Shown piece after piece: positions 16,052 through 25,751 of a DNA stretch of 38,792 nt. Position numbers and translations under genes: made by a program. The notes beneath the pieces are model-generated. The model ran no database searches and was not told the DNA's origin. It saw nothing but the letters and a program-made list of their open reading frames with translations. Origin of the DNA: a virus (taxonomy: Duplodnaviria > Caudoviricetes); IMG/VR virus record IMGVR_UViG_3300037484_001631, positions 1-38,792 of that record. One strand, 5' to 3'. The first letter of the stretch is position 1. Every line of letters starts with the position of its first letter.

Positions 16052-19000
16052 CTACAATATGACTTTTTTTCGCTTTGGGGATCTTAATATCTCAACACCG
16101 TCAAGTTCCTCGGCGAATTTTTTAAGTTGAGCAGTACGAGCATTGAATATAGCTTCTTCTTCTACGGATTCGCCAAATGGTGCGCGGACCATTCTTGTTA
16201 ACTCGCTATAGTTTCTCTTCGGATCCATGGCCGTCTTTTTGGTACCAAATGCATGGACCCTTAAATCTGGAATTTTGTGTGGATTCTCTTTCTTCCCGTG
16301 AAAGACTTTTGTAAGTTCATTCGGGGCTGCCGATTGCATGTTTGGATCTTTTCCTGCAGTATCCAATGACACCTCCTGCCCTGCGCCAGCTTCTCCTGGG
16401 GGGGGAGGGAGGCCAGCTTCCGCAGAAGCTGGAGCTTCTGGGGTGGGCGCGGCTTCTGGCTCAGATGGGATGGCGGCGCTAGCGGGTTGTATTGACTCTA
16501 AATCTAAATCAAACAATCTGTCCTTTCTTCTTCCTTCTTCTATTCCTGCAATTTCATCGTCTGAGAGTTTAAACAGATTATTGTAGATAAAATGTTTATC
16601 GAAGGTTCCTTCTTGTGCCACAGAAGCAACTTCTAGCTTGGTTCTCCACAACTCTAAGCGTTGCAGCTCAGAAATGGTAGACGGATTTGCCATGGAGATT
16701 TCAAAATTTATAAGCTCTTCACCGCTGAGACCCATGGAATATAGATGAAGTACTGCGATCTTATTCAGTTCAGAGATAAAGACTCTTTGGATTCTTTGAA
16801 TTGTCCGCGCGAATCTAACATCCTCTTGAGACAAGGTAGACTTGGACCCAATATCTCCCTCATAACCTAGATAAGATTTGGGAACCTTCAGCGCAGCAAA
16901 TAGTTTATTTTGTATATAAACTAAATCGTCAATATCTCCTGTAAATTGTCCGCCAGGAAGAGTGTCAATTTTCGTACCATCGCCCTCGCCGCGCACTGGG
17001 ATGAAGTAGTCCTCATCCGTTGAGTTTTTCGTAAAGATTCCAGATACTTGCGAGTGTGAATATTTTGATGAAGTTCCCACGTTACCACCGATAGAAGCTA
17101 CAGCAAAATTATGATACTTTTCAACAGTAATACACCCAGTATCTTCTCTATCTTCGCGCCATTCTACTTGCAAAACGGTATGATTTTTGTAGCTTTCCGT
17201 ATTTAACGACTCTGCTTTATATTCTTTGAATCCAACAAACCCCAAGGAACGCAATTTCTTTTCGATTGGCCATCTTGAAATTTTATTTACATCTCTTTTT
17301 ATCTTGTTGTTTTCTTTCAACAGCGATAAGATTTCATTATTATTTTTGAATTCTTTCAAGAAATCATCTCTACTATAACCAGGATTGCTTCTGTATATTT
17401 CTTGACCTATAGCCATACACCTATCTGGAATGATCCATTCTAAAGATTTTTTCCTGTTCTCATAATTGAAAGCCCACGAGCACAATTGAGCACTTTTTCT
17501 GATCCCGTTGTGAGAATGGTGTAGCACTGACCCATTATATCGTTTTCCCATTCTTTGAGCTTTTTGATATTTTTTATTATCTTCAGCCGTTTTAGCCCTT
17601 TTTGCCGCCGACTTATTGTAAGAAACAAGTAAATCCCTATGATATTCTGCGTGCTCCTGGTTGCCCATCCATGTCAAATTTTCTGGGTTGTTGTTGTGCG
17701 CATTAAAGTCTTTATGGTGAACTACCATAAATTTATTTTTCCCTACGCCGAGGATGTTCGCAGTTTCAAGACGCTCTTCCTCAAGTAGACTATTCGAGAC
17801 CATCCTATGATCAAAGACATATTTCCCCGAAAACGGATCATATGTTTTCCAATAAGCCTGGCCTCGGGATCGTGAAACATCTTTTCTGTACAGAGGCATT
17901 AAAGCGTCACCTGGTTTTAGATTTTGTGCTTCAACATATTCTTTATTGCGAAGCATCATCTCGTGATCTGGAGTAACGTCTACGTACCCATTATCATCTA
18001 AATGAATTCTGACAATTTGGGCACTCTTTCTGGTCACGCCCGCCCAGATAACCTTTCCTGGAACAAGCGCGTTATTTTCTCTATCAATAGAATATACCCA
18101 TTGACCCTGATGCCCGTCATTCCACTCCGCAATTAGGTCATCCAAAGTGATCGTACGGCCGTCTTGCAGGAAAATTTCCGTTTTTAAAGAATGACACATT
18201 GGGTTATATCTTAAATCGACTCTTCCCGTATTTGTATCCACGATCTGATTCCGTTTCAACTGTGTTTTGGCCTTTTCCACGAAAGATGGAATATCTTGAG
18301 GGGCGACGTTGCCGACACCAATATAAAACACTCTTCGCTCGGGTGAGCGAACTACACGATAAACCATGACTGCATCTTCCATCAGGATAAGCTGACGCCA
18401 AACACGGCGAGCAGGTTCCAAAACGGCCCCCCCGTACGGAAGAAAATTGTCATTACCTAGCAATCTGAAATGGATTACCTGCCAGTTTTCTAGGGATCTA
18501 TTCCCTTGTGTAATCCACCTATATCTATACGCTAGCGGATTATCTTTATCATACCCTTCCTCTCTCTCTATCTCGTTGACGGGGAGCGGAAGAGCGTTTA
18601 AAACACCATAGTCAGGATGGTGATCGATCAAAAGAAACTGATCACCATACTTGCACATGTTCCTTATCCAGCTGAATGCGTTAAATTCGATATTCAAAAC
18701 ATCATAAAACAATGTAGTTAACGAATCGCGTATAGTGGGGTTTGATGATTCAATTTTGATTAGTTCTCCGTTATCACCCTTCGAACATACCTCTTCAGCG
18801 TACAGGTCAAGAGCCCCGCCGATTTCGGCCATAGATTCCATTTCGTTATAATCGCTGTATCTCGCTAAACGCGAATACTGTCCGTAGGAGGCCAGTGCGC
18901 TAGTGTATGAGTTATTTACGTGTTTTAGAAACGCCCTCGCGGTGCCAACAGGCACGCCAGAGTCGCCAGGAGCCGCAATCTTACTTGCTACACGCTGGCG

Positions 19001-19069
19001 TACTACAGTGCCGTTCTTAAAAAGTTTGTCAATATCTTTGTAGTATTTTTTAATATCAAAATCTGCCAT
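16052..19069 (-). CDS. gp20: Portal protein, T4 gp20-like, intein-containing
   Basis: R..DY.EME...EI..ALD.YAEE, W.R...KYGD.F, LEPARRVWRQL.LMEDA..VYRV.RSPERRVFYI, EDYFIPVRG, IDTLPGG, LFAALKVPKSYL. Confidence 0.95.
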   Translation of the reverse strand: MADFDIKKYYKDIDKLFKNGTVVRQRVASKIAAPGDSGVPVGTARAFLKHVNNSYTSALASYGQYSRLARYSDYNEMESMAEIGGALDLYAEEVCSKGDNGELIKIESSNPTIRDSLTTLFYDVLNIEFNAFSWIRNMCKYGDQFLLIDHHPDYGVLNALPLPVNEIEREEGYDKDNPLAYRYRWITQGNRSLENWQVIHFRLLGNDNFLPYGGAVLEPARRVWRQLILMEDAVMVYRVVRSPERRVFYIGVGNVAPQDIPSFVEKAKTQLKRNQIVDTNTGRVDLRYNPMCHSLKTEIFLQDGRTITLDDLIAEWNDGHQGQWVYSIDRENNALVPGKVIWAGVTRKSAQIVRIHLDDNGYVDVTPDHEMMLRNKEYVEAQNLKPGDALMPLYRKDVSRSRGQAYWKTYDPFSGKYVFDHRMVSNSLLEEERLETANILGVGKNKFMVVHHKDFNAHNNNPENLTWMGNQEHAEYHRDLLVSYNKSAAKRAKTAEDNKKYQKAQRMGKRYNGSVLHHSHNGIRKSAQLCSWAFNYENRKKSLEWIIPDRCMAIGQEIYRSNPGYSRDDFLKEFKNNNEILSLLKENNKIKRDVNKISRWPIEKKLRSLGFVGFKEYKAESLNTESYKNHTVLQVEWREDREDTGCITVEKYHNFAVASIGGNVGTSSKYSHSQVSGIFTKNSTDEDYFIPVRGEGDGTKIDTLPGGQFTGDIDDLVYIQNKLFAALKVPKSYLGYEGDIGSKSTLSQEDVRFARTIQRIQRVFISELNKIAVLHLYSMGLSGEELINFEISMANPSTISELQRLELWRTKLEVASVAQEGTFDKHFIYNNLFKLSDDEIAGIEEGRRKDRLFDLDLESIQPASAAIPSEPEAAPTPEAPASAEAGLPPPPGEAGAGQEVSLDTAGKDPNMQSAAPNELTKVFHGKKENPHKIPDLRVHAFGTKKTAMDPKRNYSELTRMVRAPFGESVEEEAIFNARTAQLKKFAEELDGVEILRSPKRKKVIL
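17024..18196 (-). mobile_element. Intein (391 aa) with HNH homing endonuclease in portal
   Basis: Splice junctions YNPM|CHSLKTEI and GIFTKN|STDEDYF; block B VTPDHEMM; HNH motif VVHHKDFNAHNNNPENL; block F DTGCITVEKYHNF. Confidence 0.92.
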
Positions 19070-19104
19070 TTTACTCTCTCTTTATTGTAAAATATAATAT
19101 AAGT

Positions 19105-20826
19105 TTATCCGTTATAAATAGGACCTTTAGGCGATTTGCTTCCAAGCAGCCATGATATATCTTCTGTACTGCCGTTGCCGAGCTGTATTGTATTTAATTG
19201 TTCGTTGTGCTCCACTATTCTACCACGCTCATAAACATTTGTATTGAAATTAAAATCAGAAAAGCCTTTTACATTCTTGGAAGATATCGACATACTGTTT
19301 AATATCGCTTTGGATATCTCATCACTCTTGTACGAAAAGAACGGATTTTCCTCTCTGACCCAGAGCCCGCCAGCAAGAGCCATAACCAGATCGTCATTAT
19401 ACCCGCGCATTGCTTCGGGTCTATTAAATTCAGTCATAATAAAGGTTTTTAATTCGTTGACCAGCCTAGGAGAATTGATCTCTATGTCTCCCATTCTAAT
19501 ATATTGTTCCATTTTTGACAACATTTGCAATCTGTTCGCCGAGGTAACAGCATATCCAGGAAGGTAATCATTCCTGGTAGCGGCATAATAGGGATCGACA
19601 GGAGCATATTCTCTTTCTTTCGGCTTACGACGGCGGGAGTAATATATAAATGGATATTGAGCTTCTTCAATTTTTAAAATTGTTTGGCCCGACCAGCCTG
19701 AGTTATTTTCAGGAGCTATCAGCGCGTTATTATAAAATTGAGAAACCGACATGAGCAATACACCAAGTTGGTCTGGTCTAATTTTTCCTTTATATTCGGC
19801 GACCTGTTTAATTGGCACCGTATCTACACGCAGAACGTGGAATGCAGAATAGTCTTTTGCGTCTCCGCGACTAATATCTGAAGGTATAAGGTAAATGCCA
19901 ATTTTCTCTGGTTCTTCCCATATCCATACATTTCTATCTGTTTGAAATACTCTCTTCGGCTCAGATGTCAATGTTTCAACCCTGGCAATATCCTCGTGAA
20001 AAACAAATGTATCGCCTGATGCATTAAAGTTGCAAGAATATTCTTGTGCTATATCGCGCGGGCTTTTGTCGTTTGTTTCCGCAGCAAACCATGCAGCATC
20101 ATGCTCAGGATGAACCCACCACATCAACCTATCGTTATATATTTCTAGCGGGTTTAATGGGTTTTGATATGTTCCAAATCTGCAGTTAAACCCATTTTCG
20201 TTATTTTTAGCTCCCTCAAAAAGCTGGTGAAAGGTGTTCCCTGTACCATTTGGAGTACTGCAAAGCGCAATACTACCGCCAGCAGAAATAGTAGGGGATA
20301 GTCCTGTCCAGATTTCATCAAATTTTTCAATAAAGGCTACTTCGTCAATAAACAAAAACGAAACAGCCTCAGATCGTCCGACATCTGAAGATGTAGTTAC
20401 AGCTCTTACTGACGATCCATTTGACAATTCAATTGAGTGTCTATTGTCTACCTTTATCTTGCCAATATCTGTTAGCCACTTTGGGGCATTCTTCAGTATT
20501 GTCTTAATCATTTTCATCGACGTTTTAGCTACGTCTTGCTTTGTTGAGACAATAAGAACATTCTTATCTCTATGAAACAAAACCATCCAAGCAACATAGG
20601 CGGCGGTGGAGGTGGTGATACCAAGCTGACGAGCTTTTAGAATTATATTTTTTCGATGGCCAAGATATGCGTTTATGATATCTTTCTGATAAGGAAATAG
20701 TCTAAAAGGGATTAACCCCTTTACTGGGTGCTTTATCTTGCCGTACGTTAAAATGAAATATATCGGGTCTTTACCACATTTTATAATTTCTTTAATAAGA
20801 TCGGTTTTGTTGAGTTTCGTCGCCAT
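19105..20826 (-). CDS. terL: Terminase large subunit (T4 gp17-like)
   Basis: LFPYQ, Walker A KARQLGITT, Walker B FLFIDEVAF, STPNG, nuclease DISRG...D.SA and DDLVMALA. Confidence 0.96.
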   Translation of the reverse strand: MATKLNKTDLIKEIIKCGKDPIYFILTYGKIKHPVKGLIPFRLFPYQKDIINAYLGHRKNIILKARQLGITTSTAAYVAWMVLFHRDKNVLIVSTKQDVAKTSMKMIKTILKNAPKWLTDIGKIKVDNRHSIELSNGSSVRAVTTSSDVGRSEAVSFLFIDEVAFIEKFDEIWTGLSPTISAGGSIALCSTPNGTGNTFHQLFEGAKNNENGFNCRFGTYQNPLNPLEIYNDRLMWWVHPEHDAAWFAAETNDKSPRDIAQEYSCNFNASGDTFVFHEDIARVETLTSEPKRVFQTDRNVWIWEEPEKIGIYLIPSDISRGDAKDYSAFHVLRVDTVPIKQVAEYKGKIRPDQLGVLLMSVSQFYNNALIAPENNSGWSGQTILKIEEAQYPFIYYSRRRKPKEREYAPVDPYYAATRNDYLPGYAVTSANRLQMLSKMEQYIRMGDIEINSPRLVNELKTFIMTEFNRPEAMRGYNDDLVMALAGGLWVREENPFFSYKSDEISKAILNSMSISSKNVKGFSDFNFNTNVYERGRIVEHNEQLNTIQLGNGSTEDISWLLGSKSPKGPIYNG

Positions 20827-20832
20827 AAACCA

Positions 20833-21306
20833 CTACTGAAGTAAATCAACATCAAAAGAATACGTAACTGCGTCTTTAATTAGGAAGCGTGCTACTGGTC
20901 GGGCCCCATAACCATAACGACTAGAGCCCAGCAGCCAAGAAGAATCAGCCTGCATACGTGATTGCTTGTCTATGTCTTGTGACTCATTTTCTTTTTTTAG
21001 TTTCAGTGTTTTTTTTGTAAGCTTTTTAAATCTACTTTTTAACTCTCTGGTTATTTCTTCTACAAACTTTACACCGTCAGGTTTCTTTCGGACGAGTCCC
21101 TCCATATCACAAACTTCATATCGATGATACGTAATCTGAAGCTTTCCGTCAGACATAAGGCGAAAAGTTACACCTTGTATCTCTTCAACGGGCAAATTCC
21201 ACCCGCGATTGTTATATTTTTCGCCCTTTATATCTTCGAATATTTGATATAAAAGATCAAAGATATTTTTCTTTTCTGTAAAATTTTTGTTTTCTGTTCG
21301 CGCCAT
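20833..21306 (-). CDS. Hypothetical protein
   Basis: 157-aa ORF with AGGGGA RBS, directly upstream of terL. Confidence 0.75.
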   Translation of the reverse strand: MARTENKNFTEKKNIFDLLYQIFEDIKGEKYNNRGWNLPVEEIQGVTFRLMSDGKLQITYHRYEVCDMEGLVRKKPDGVKFVEEITRELKSRFKKLTKKTLKLKKENESQDIDKQSRMQADSSWLLGSSRYGYGARPVARFLIKDAVTYSFDVDLLQ

Positions 21307-21382
21307 GTAAGAATCCCCTATTTGTATCCTAACATAAAGTTATACAAATATATAGAGATTATTATTTTCTTTTAGCGCAAAT

Positions 21383-21616
21383 TTATTTCTTATATCGAGA
21401 TAAATCTATAGATGGGACATGACGATCTTCAACAAAGTTTACGTTACAAACAGAACAAATACCTATAGTTTCAAGATATTTATCGTCAATTGTCCCTGTA
21501 GGTCTTTTGCAGTGAGGGCAGAAGAAGTCAAGTTTGTGAGAGTGACTAACTCCTGTAATTTTTCTCCAGTAGCCGCCGCTTGCCGTCTCAACCCACTCCT
21601 TTCCTTTTTCTTTCAT
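21383..21616 (-). CDS. Small Zn-finger protein
   Basis: CPHC...CSVC; AAGGAG RBS. Confidence 0.7.
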   Translation of the reverse strand: MKEKGKEWVETASGGYWRKITGVSHSHKLDFFCPHCKRPTGTIDDKYLETIGICSVCNVNFVEDRHVPSIDLSRYKK

Positions 21617-21626
21617 TTATTGCTCC

Positions 21627-22457
21627 TTATCTAAACATATACCAGCCAGCGCTTATACCATACATCTTCTTTAGGTTGTTTCCGTCATAATAAAATACAA
21701 CATTGGGGCCAACATAAAAATTCTTAAAGGCATCATAAAAAACCCTAAGCCCAGAAGACACGCCTTCACCCGCTGAAGCATCAGCACCAATACCAATTCT
21801 TTCATACCACCGCAAAGATAAAACAGAAGGATCAACGAAAAGTTCAATCTCAGAAGGCACCATGTCAGAATTATCAGAATCCACATATACCCTAAATTGA
21901 TTTTCCTTTTTTGTCAAAATAAGATTCAATTTTAGGGGTTTTGTCCACTCAACACCAATTTCGGCGTAAGCAGGGTTTGTTAAAGTAAATCCCTGCACTT
22001 TAAGGTAATCTTTCTCCTGGTCAAAATCAACACGCAAACGTACAGAAGATAAACACGTTTGACAGTCAGGAGTTATAACGTCAACTACCGTAGTGCCGTC
22101 CGAAGACACCACAGATGTTGAAGCATTTTTTATTTCAAAATACTTATTTTTCCACTTAATAGAGATCTGTTCAAGAGCTAATACTTGTTCATCTCTATCT
22201 TCTATCGTGGACAATAAATCTTTATTGTGTTGCAGCGCTGTAGCGAGTTTGTGTTTAAGGTTTTCAGACTCAATGGCAACAACTGAATATGAATTTTGTG
22301 TCTCCTTTACTGCCCCCTGGAGTTGCGCTATGGAATTATTGAGAGCTTGTTCTACTTTGCTGCGATCGTATCTTTCTTTTGCATAAGCAACTCCCAGAAT
22401 CCCAACAGAAAGAAGCAAAACGCCAGAGATAAATTTATAAAGATAATTTGAATTCAT
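21627..22457 (-). CDS. Membrane-anchored coiled-coil protein with beta-rich C-terminus (spanin-like candidate)
   Basis: Start moved to ATG 22457 to remove the overlap; N-terminal TM, coiled coil, amphipathic beta strands ending YGISAGWYMFR. Confidence 0.6.
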   Translation of the reverse strand: MNSNYLYKFISGVLLLSVGILGVAYAKERYDRSKVEQALNNSIAQLQGAVKETQNSYSVVAIESENLKHKLATALQHNKDLLSTIEDRDEQVLALEQISIKWKNKYFEIKNASTSVVSSDGTTVVDVITPDCQTCLSSVRLRVDFDQEKDYLKVQGFTLTNPAYAEIGVEWTKPLKLNLILTKKENQFRVYVDSDNSDMVPSEIELFVDPSVLSLRWYERIGIGADASAGEGVSSGLRVFYDAFKNFYVGPNVVFYYDGNNLKKMYGISAGWYMFR

Positions 22458-22461
22458 TAGT

Positions 22462-22740
22462 TCACCGCCCAGAAGCGACACCGTTTTGTATATCAAATTT
22501 TGCATCTTCAGACTCTATTTTGTCTTTAGAATTTCGTCTTACGACATAGCTCGTAAAAACGGCAGCCAAATATACAGTCACCAAGCTTTCGCTTGGAGTC
22601 TTAAATATGATCTGAAAATCCCCAATAGTCAACGACTCCATAAGTGAGGCCAACACACTAAGAGAAGAAACCACAAATCCGACCGTAGCAAAAGTCAACA
22701 TCGCATCTTCTTTGTTGTTACTATTTTTAATCCATTGCAT
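22462..22740 (-). CDS. Two-TM membrane protein, holin-like candidate
   Basis: 92 aa, two hydrophobic helices, charged C-tail YVVRRNSKDK; AAGGAG RBS. Confidence 0.6.
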   Translation of the reverse strand: MQWIKNSNNKEDAMLTFATVGFVVSSLSVLASLMESLTIGDFQIIFKTPSESLVTVYLAAVFTSYVVRRNSKDKIESEDAKFDIQNGVASGR

Positions 22741-22754
22741 TTTCTTTTTCTCCT

Positions 22755-25751
22755 TTAATTTTCAATGCGAGAATAACCTTGGTCATCTCTTCCTACTTCA
22801 ATAACATGATCTGCTATATCTTTAAGCTCATCCAAGTGGGTAATTAATATAACGCTGTCAAACAAACCCTTAAGATATTCAAAAATTTGAATAACCGCGT
22901 CTAGATATTCTGGGTCTAAAGCAAAAAACGGCTCATCAAAAACAATAATGTTAGATTTAGGAAGTGTTGTAACACTAATCAGCGCCGCGCGAAGAGCAAT
23001 CGCGGCAATAGATTTTTCCATTCCTGAGCATAATTCTATTCTTCTTCTTTTGCTTTTTTCACTACTAAAGTATATTTCTATTGCTTTTCCGTCTTCATCA
23101 GAATCAAGTTCAACAGAAAAGCCCACGCTCTTGGACAATATCTTTCTTATTCCTTCGTTAATAATGTTGAGATTGTCGGAAATGATTTTCTTCACTATCC
23201 CCTCCTTGGACATAGACATCAAAAAATAAGAAAATACATCATATTCTGCCTTTATTTTCTCGAAGTTTTTACTGCACTTTTCTATCTCGTCAATAAAACC
23301 TTTCGTGCGACCCTCAAGGGAGGATATTCCAAATATTTCTGTATCGATTGTAAAAATTCTTTTTTGAATATCCTCAATTTTCTTATCTACTTCCAGTATC
23401 TCTTCGTGAATTTCCATATTTCGTTGTATATTGTTTTTGTTTTTTGAAAGGAAAGACTTACGATCAGCGAATTTTTTTAATTCCTGGCGAGCAATAACAA
23501 TCTTGTCGTCTACCTGGTCTGGGATTATTATTCCTTCCCACGTAGAAATTTCTCTATTTACTTCTTCCTCGGAAAGAAAGATATTTTTTCTTAATTCTTT
23601 AGCTTCGTTTCTTAACGTTTCAATTTTTATATGTAAAGGACAACCATCATCATGAGAACAACCGCAGCCATTTTCCATCTCCTTGGCCGTATTGAGTATT
23701 GTATTGATTTTCTTCCAGATAGATTTATCTTTTCTTAAATTTTCTATATCAAATTTTTCTTTTTTATTTATAAGAATATCAATACACACTTTCTTTTTGT
23801 TTAACTTATTAATTTCTTGCTCTTTTTTGCTTATTTCTAGGCCGACATTATCATCAGATCTTAAAGGCTTAAAATCTGTAAATACAATATTACTACATAA
23901 TACACTTTTTTTGTCTTGCAGAAGACCTAGTGTTTCAACAAAACCATCCTTTTCTCTTTGCTTTTCGCTAAATTTGTCTACTATTTGTTCCAATTTAGTT
24001 CGTTGCTCGCTTAATTCTGACTCAAAATTTCTACCCTCATAAAGCTTCAGTTGACCCTTGGTGTGTTTCCAGTCATCATTCGCCATTTTGTGCTTCTGAG
24101 AAAATATGTCGATATCAAAATATCTTCCTATTTGTTTTAATCGTTCTGTGCCGCCCGACTCAATGAGACCTAAAAGCTGCCACTGGGAAGCGAATGATGT
24201 CGACAGAAAGTCATCAATAGTTCCAAATTTTTTTCTGATAATCTGATCGGTATCTTGTCTTTTCTCTGCGTCAAGGTTTTCTTCTTCCCCGTCTTCTGTT
24301 ATAATCTTGTAGGAAACATCAGTTTTTCCCTGCAAAATAGGAGAACCGTCGTCTTTTCTTCCTTTGACATAAACTTGGGTGGCGCGAGATATTATGTGCG
24401 TATCCTTCCCCGCCTGAATTGCAATTTCGCCGCCGCAGGAATCTTTGTTTTCGTTAATAATTAAATCATTTTTCACAACACCACGCTTTGATGTTTTATT
24501 ACAGAGAATATACAGAGGTATATCAACCGCCAAAGACGATTTGCCGACGGCGCTCTTGCCGAAGATCCCAACTATGCCCCTTTTTTTCATAAAATCAAAC
24601 TCGTTATTTTCCCCGTAACTAAATAAGTTATAAAATGACATTCTCGTAAAAAAATATTGAATGTTTCTAAGGGTGTCATCTTTTTCTCTGGAACGGATAT
24701 TATATATTTTATTGAGATCAAATATTCTTGAAAGCTGATCATCTGAAAGATCATATGAAGATAGGAGAAAATCTTTTATTAACCTTTCTTGAATTACTAA
24801 ATCATCAATATTCTCTATTTTTTCGCCAGTAAGACTAGACATCTTTATTTCTTGGCGATAAATACTGAAAGTGTCGGCAAAAGTAAGAACGTGAGGATCA
24901 TATAAATCGTTAATTCTATCTGTAATATTCTTTTTTTCAAACAGTGTAAGCTGTCTGCTAAAAATTCTTATTCTTGATTTTTTTTGAATATCGTCACGAA
25001 CAGGAATCATCAAGCTGTCACCTAGGCGAAGAGTATAAAATGGACAAATTTTTGGTAATTCAATGAATTTTACGGAATGTTTCGATTTAGACTCGATATC
25101 CCATACAAGATATCCTTTTCTCACGGATTCCCCATATGATTGCTGTATTAAGCTTCCGCAATAAGCTGCCTTTTTTTGCGGATCCAAAAACTGATCTTTG
25201 TGTATATCACCAAGAAGTAGATAATCCACCAACCCAAAAAAGTATTCTAAGCGATAAGGAGAGGCTTCCACGGGAGTATCGTTTTGAAGAAAAGCTCCAT
25301 CAATCATCCCATGAAATAACCCAACATTTATGCCTGTAGGAATTTCTTGCTTCGTAGGCCATAATTCATCAAAACAAGAAAAAACAACAAAATTAACCCC
25401 CTCAAGAGGATACACTCCAGAATCTTTAAAATAATGAATGTTTTCTTTATTCATCGCCTTCACGATGGGGGTAATTGCGTCCATTCTAGATAGATTATTC
25501 AAAAGGCCATCATGATTACCAGGGATAATTACCAGAGGAGCTATTTGAGATAAGTTATTTAAAAACTCCACGAACAAATTAATTTGTTCCGCAGAAAGTT
25601 GAGATTTATTATGCAGAAGATCCCCAGCAATAACAATATAATCTGGCGACTGATCTCGTACAGAGACATATAAATTATCAAAGTGGTCACCAAACTCTTT
25701 TAAACGCCTAAAAAGTCGTATTTGAATATCACTAATATGAACTAAACGCAT
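22755..25751 (-). CDS. Fused Mre11/SbcD nuclease - Rad50/SbcC ATPase (T4 gp47-gp46-like)
   Basis: Phosphoesterase motifs HISDIQ, AGDLLH, PGNHD, FHG, LGDIH; Walker A GKSAVGKSS, coiled coil, signature CSGMEK, Walker B VFDEPF, ITH. Confidence 0.93.
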   Translation of the reverse strand: MRLVHISDIQIRLFRRLKEFGDHFDNLYVSVRDQSPDYIVIAGDLLHNKSQLSAEQINLFVEFLNNLSQIAPLVIIPGNHDGLLNNLSRMDAITPIVKAMNKENIHYFKDSGVYPLEGVNFVVFSCFDELWPTKQEIPTGINVGLFHGMIDGAFLQNDTPVEASPYRLEYFFGLVDYLLLGDIHKDQFLDPQKKAAYCGSLIQQSYGESVRKGYLVWDIESKSKHSVKFIELPKICPFYTLRLGDSLMIPVRDDIQKKSRIRIFSRQLTLFEKKNITDRINDLYDPHVLTFADTFSIYRQEIKMSSLTGEKIENIDDLVIQERLIKDFLLSSYDLSDDQLSRIFDLNKIYNIRSREKDDTLRNIQYFFTRMSFYNLFSYGENNEFDFMKKRGIVGIFGKSAVGKSSLAVDIPLYILCNKTSKRGVVKNDLIINENKDSCGGEIAIQAGKDTHIISRATQVYVKGRKDDGSPILQGKTDVSYKIITEDGEEENLDAEKRQDTDQIIRKKFGTIDDFLSTSFASQWQLLGLIESGGTERLKQIGRYFDIDIFSQKHKMANDDWKHTKGQLKLYEGRNFESELSEQRTKLEQIVDKFSEKQREKDGFVETLGLLQDKKSVLCSNIVFTDFKPLRSDDNVGLEISKKEQEINKLNKKKVCIDILINKKEKFDIENLRKDKSIWKKINTILNTAKEMENGCGCSHDDGCPLHIKIETLRNEAKELRKNIFLSEEEVNREISTWEGIIIPDQVDDKIVIARQELKKFADRKSFLSKNKNNIQRNMEIHEEILEVDKKIEDIQKRIFTIDTEIFGISSLEGRTKGFIDEIEKCSKNFEKIKAEYDVFSYFLMSMSKEGIVKKIISDNLNIINEGIRKILSKSVGFSVELDSDEDGKAIEIYFSSEKSKRRRIELCSGMEKSIAAIALRAALISVTTLPKSNIIVFDEPFFALDPEYLDAVIQIFEYLKGLFDSVILITHLDELKDIADHVIEVGRDDQGYSRIEN

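Noticed and set aside
20833-21616. Either gene upstream of terL as the terminase small subunit
   Set aside because: Position is suggestive, but no recognisable TerS features could be supported from the sequence.
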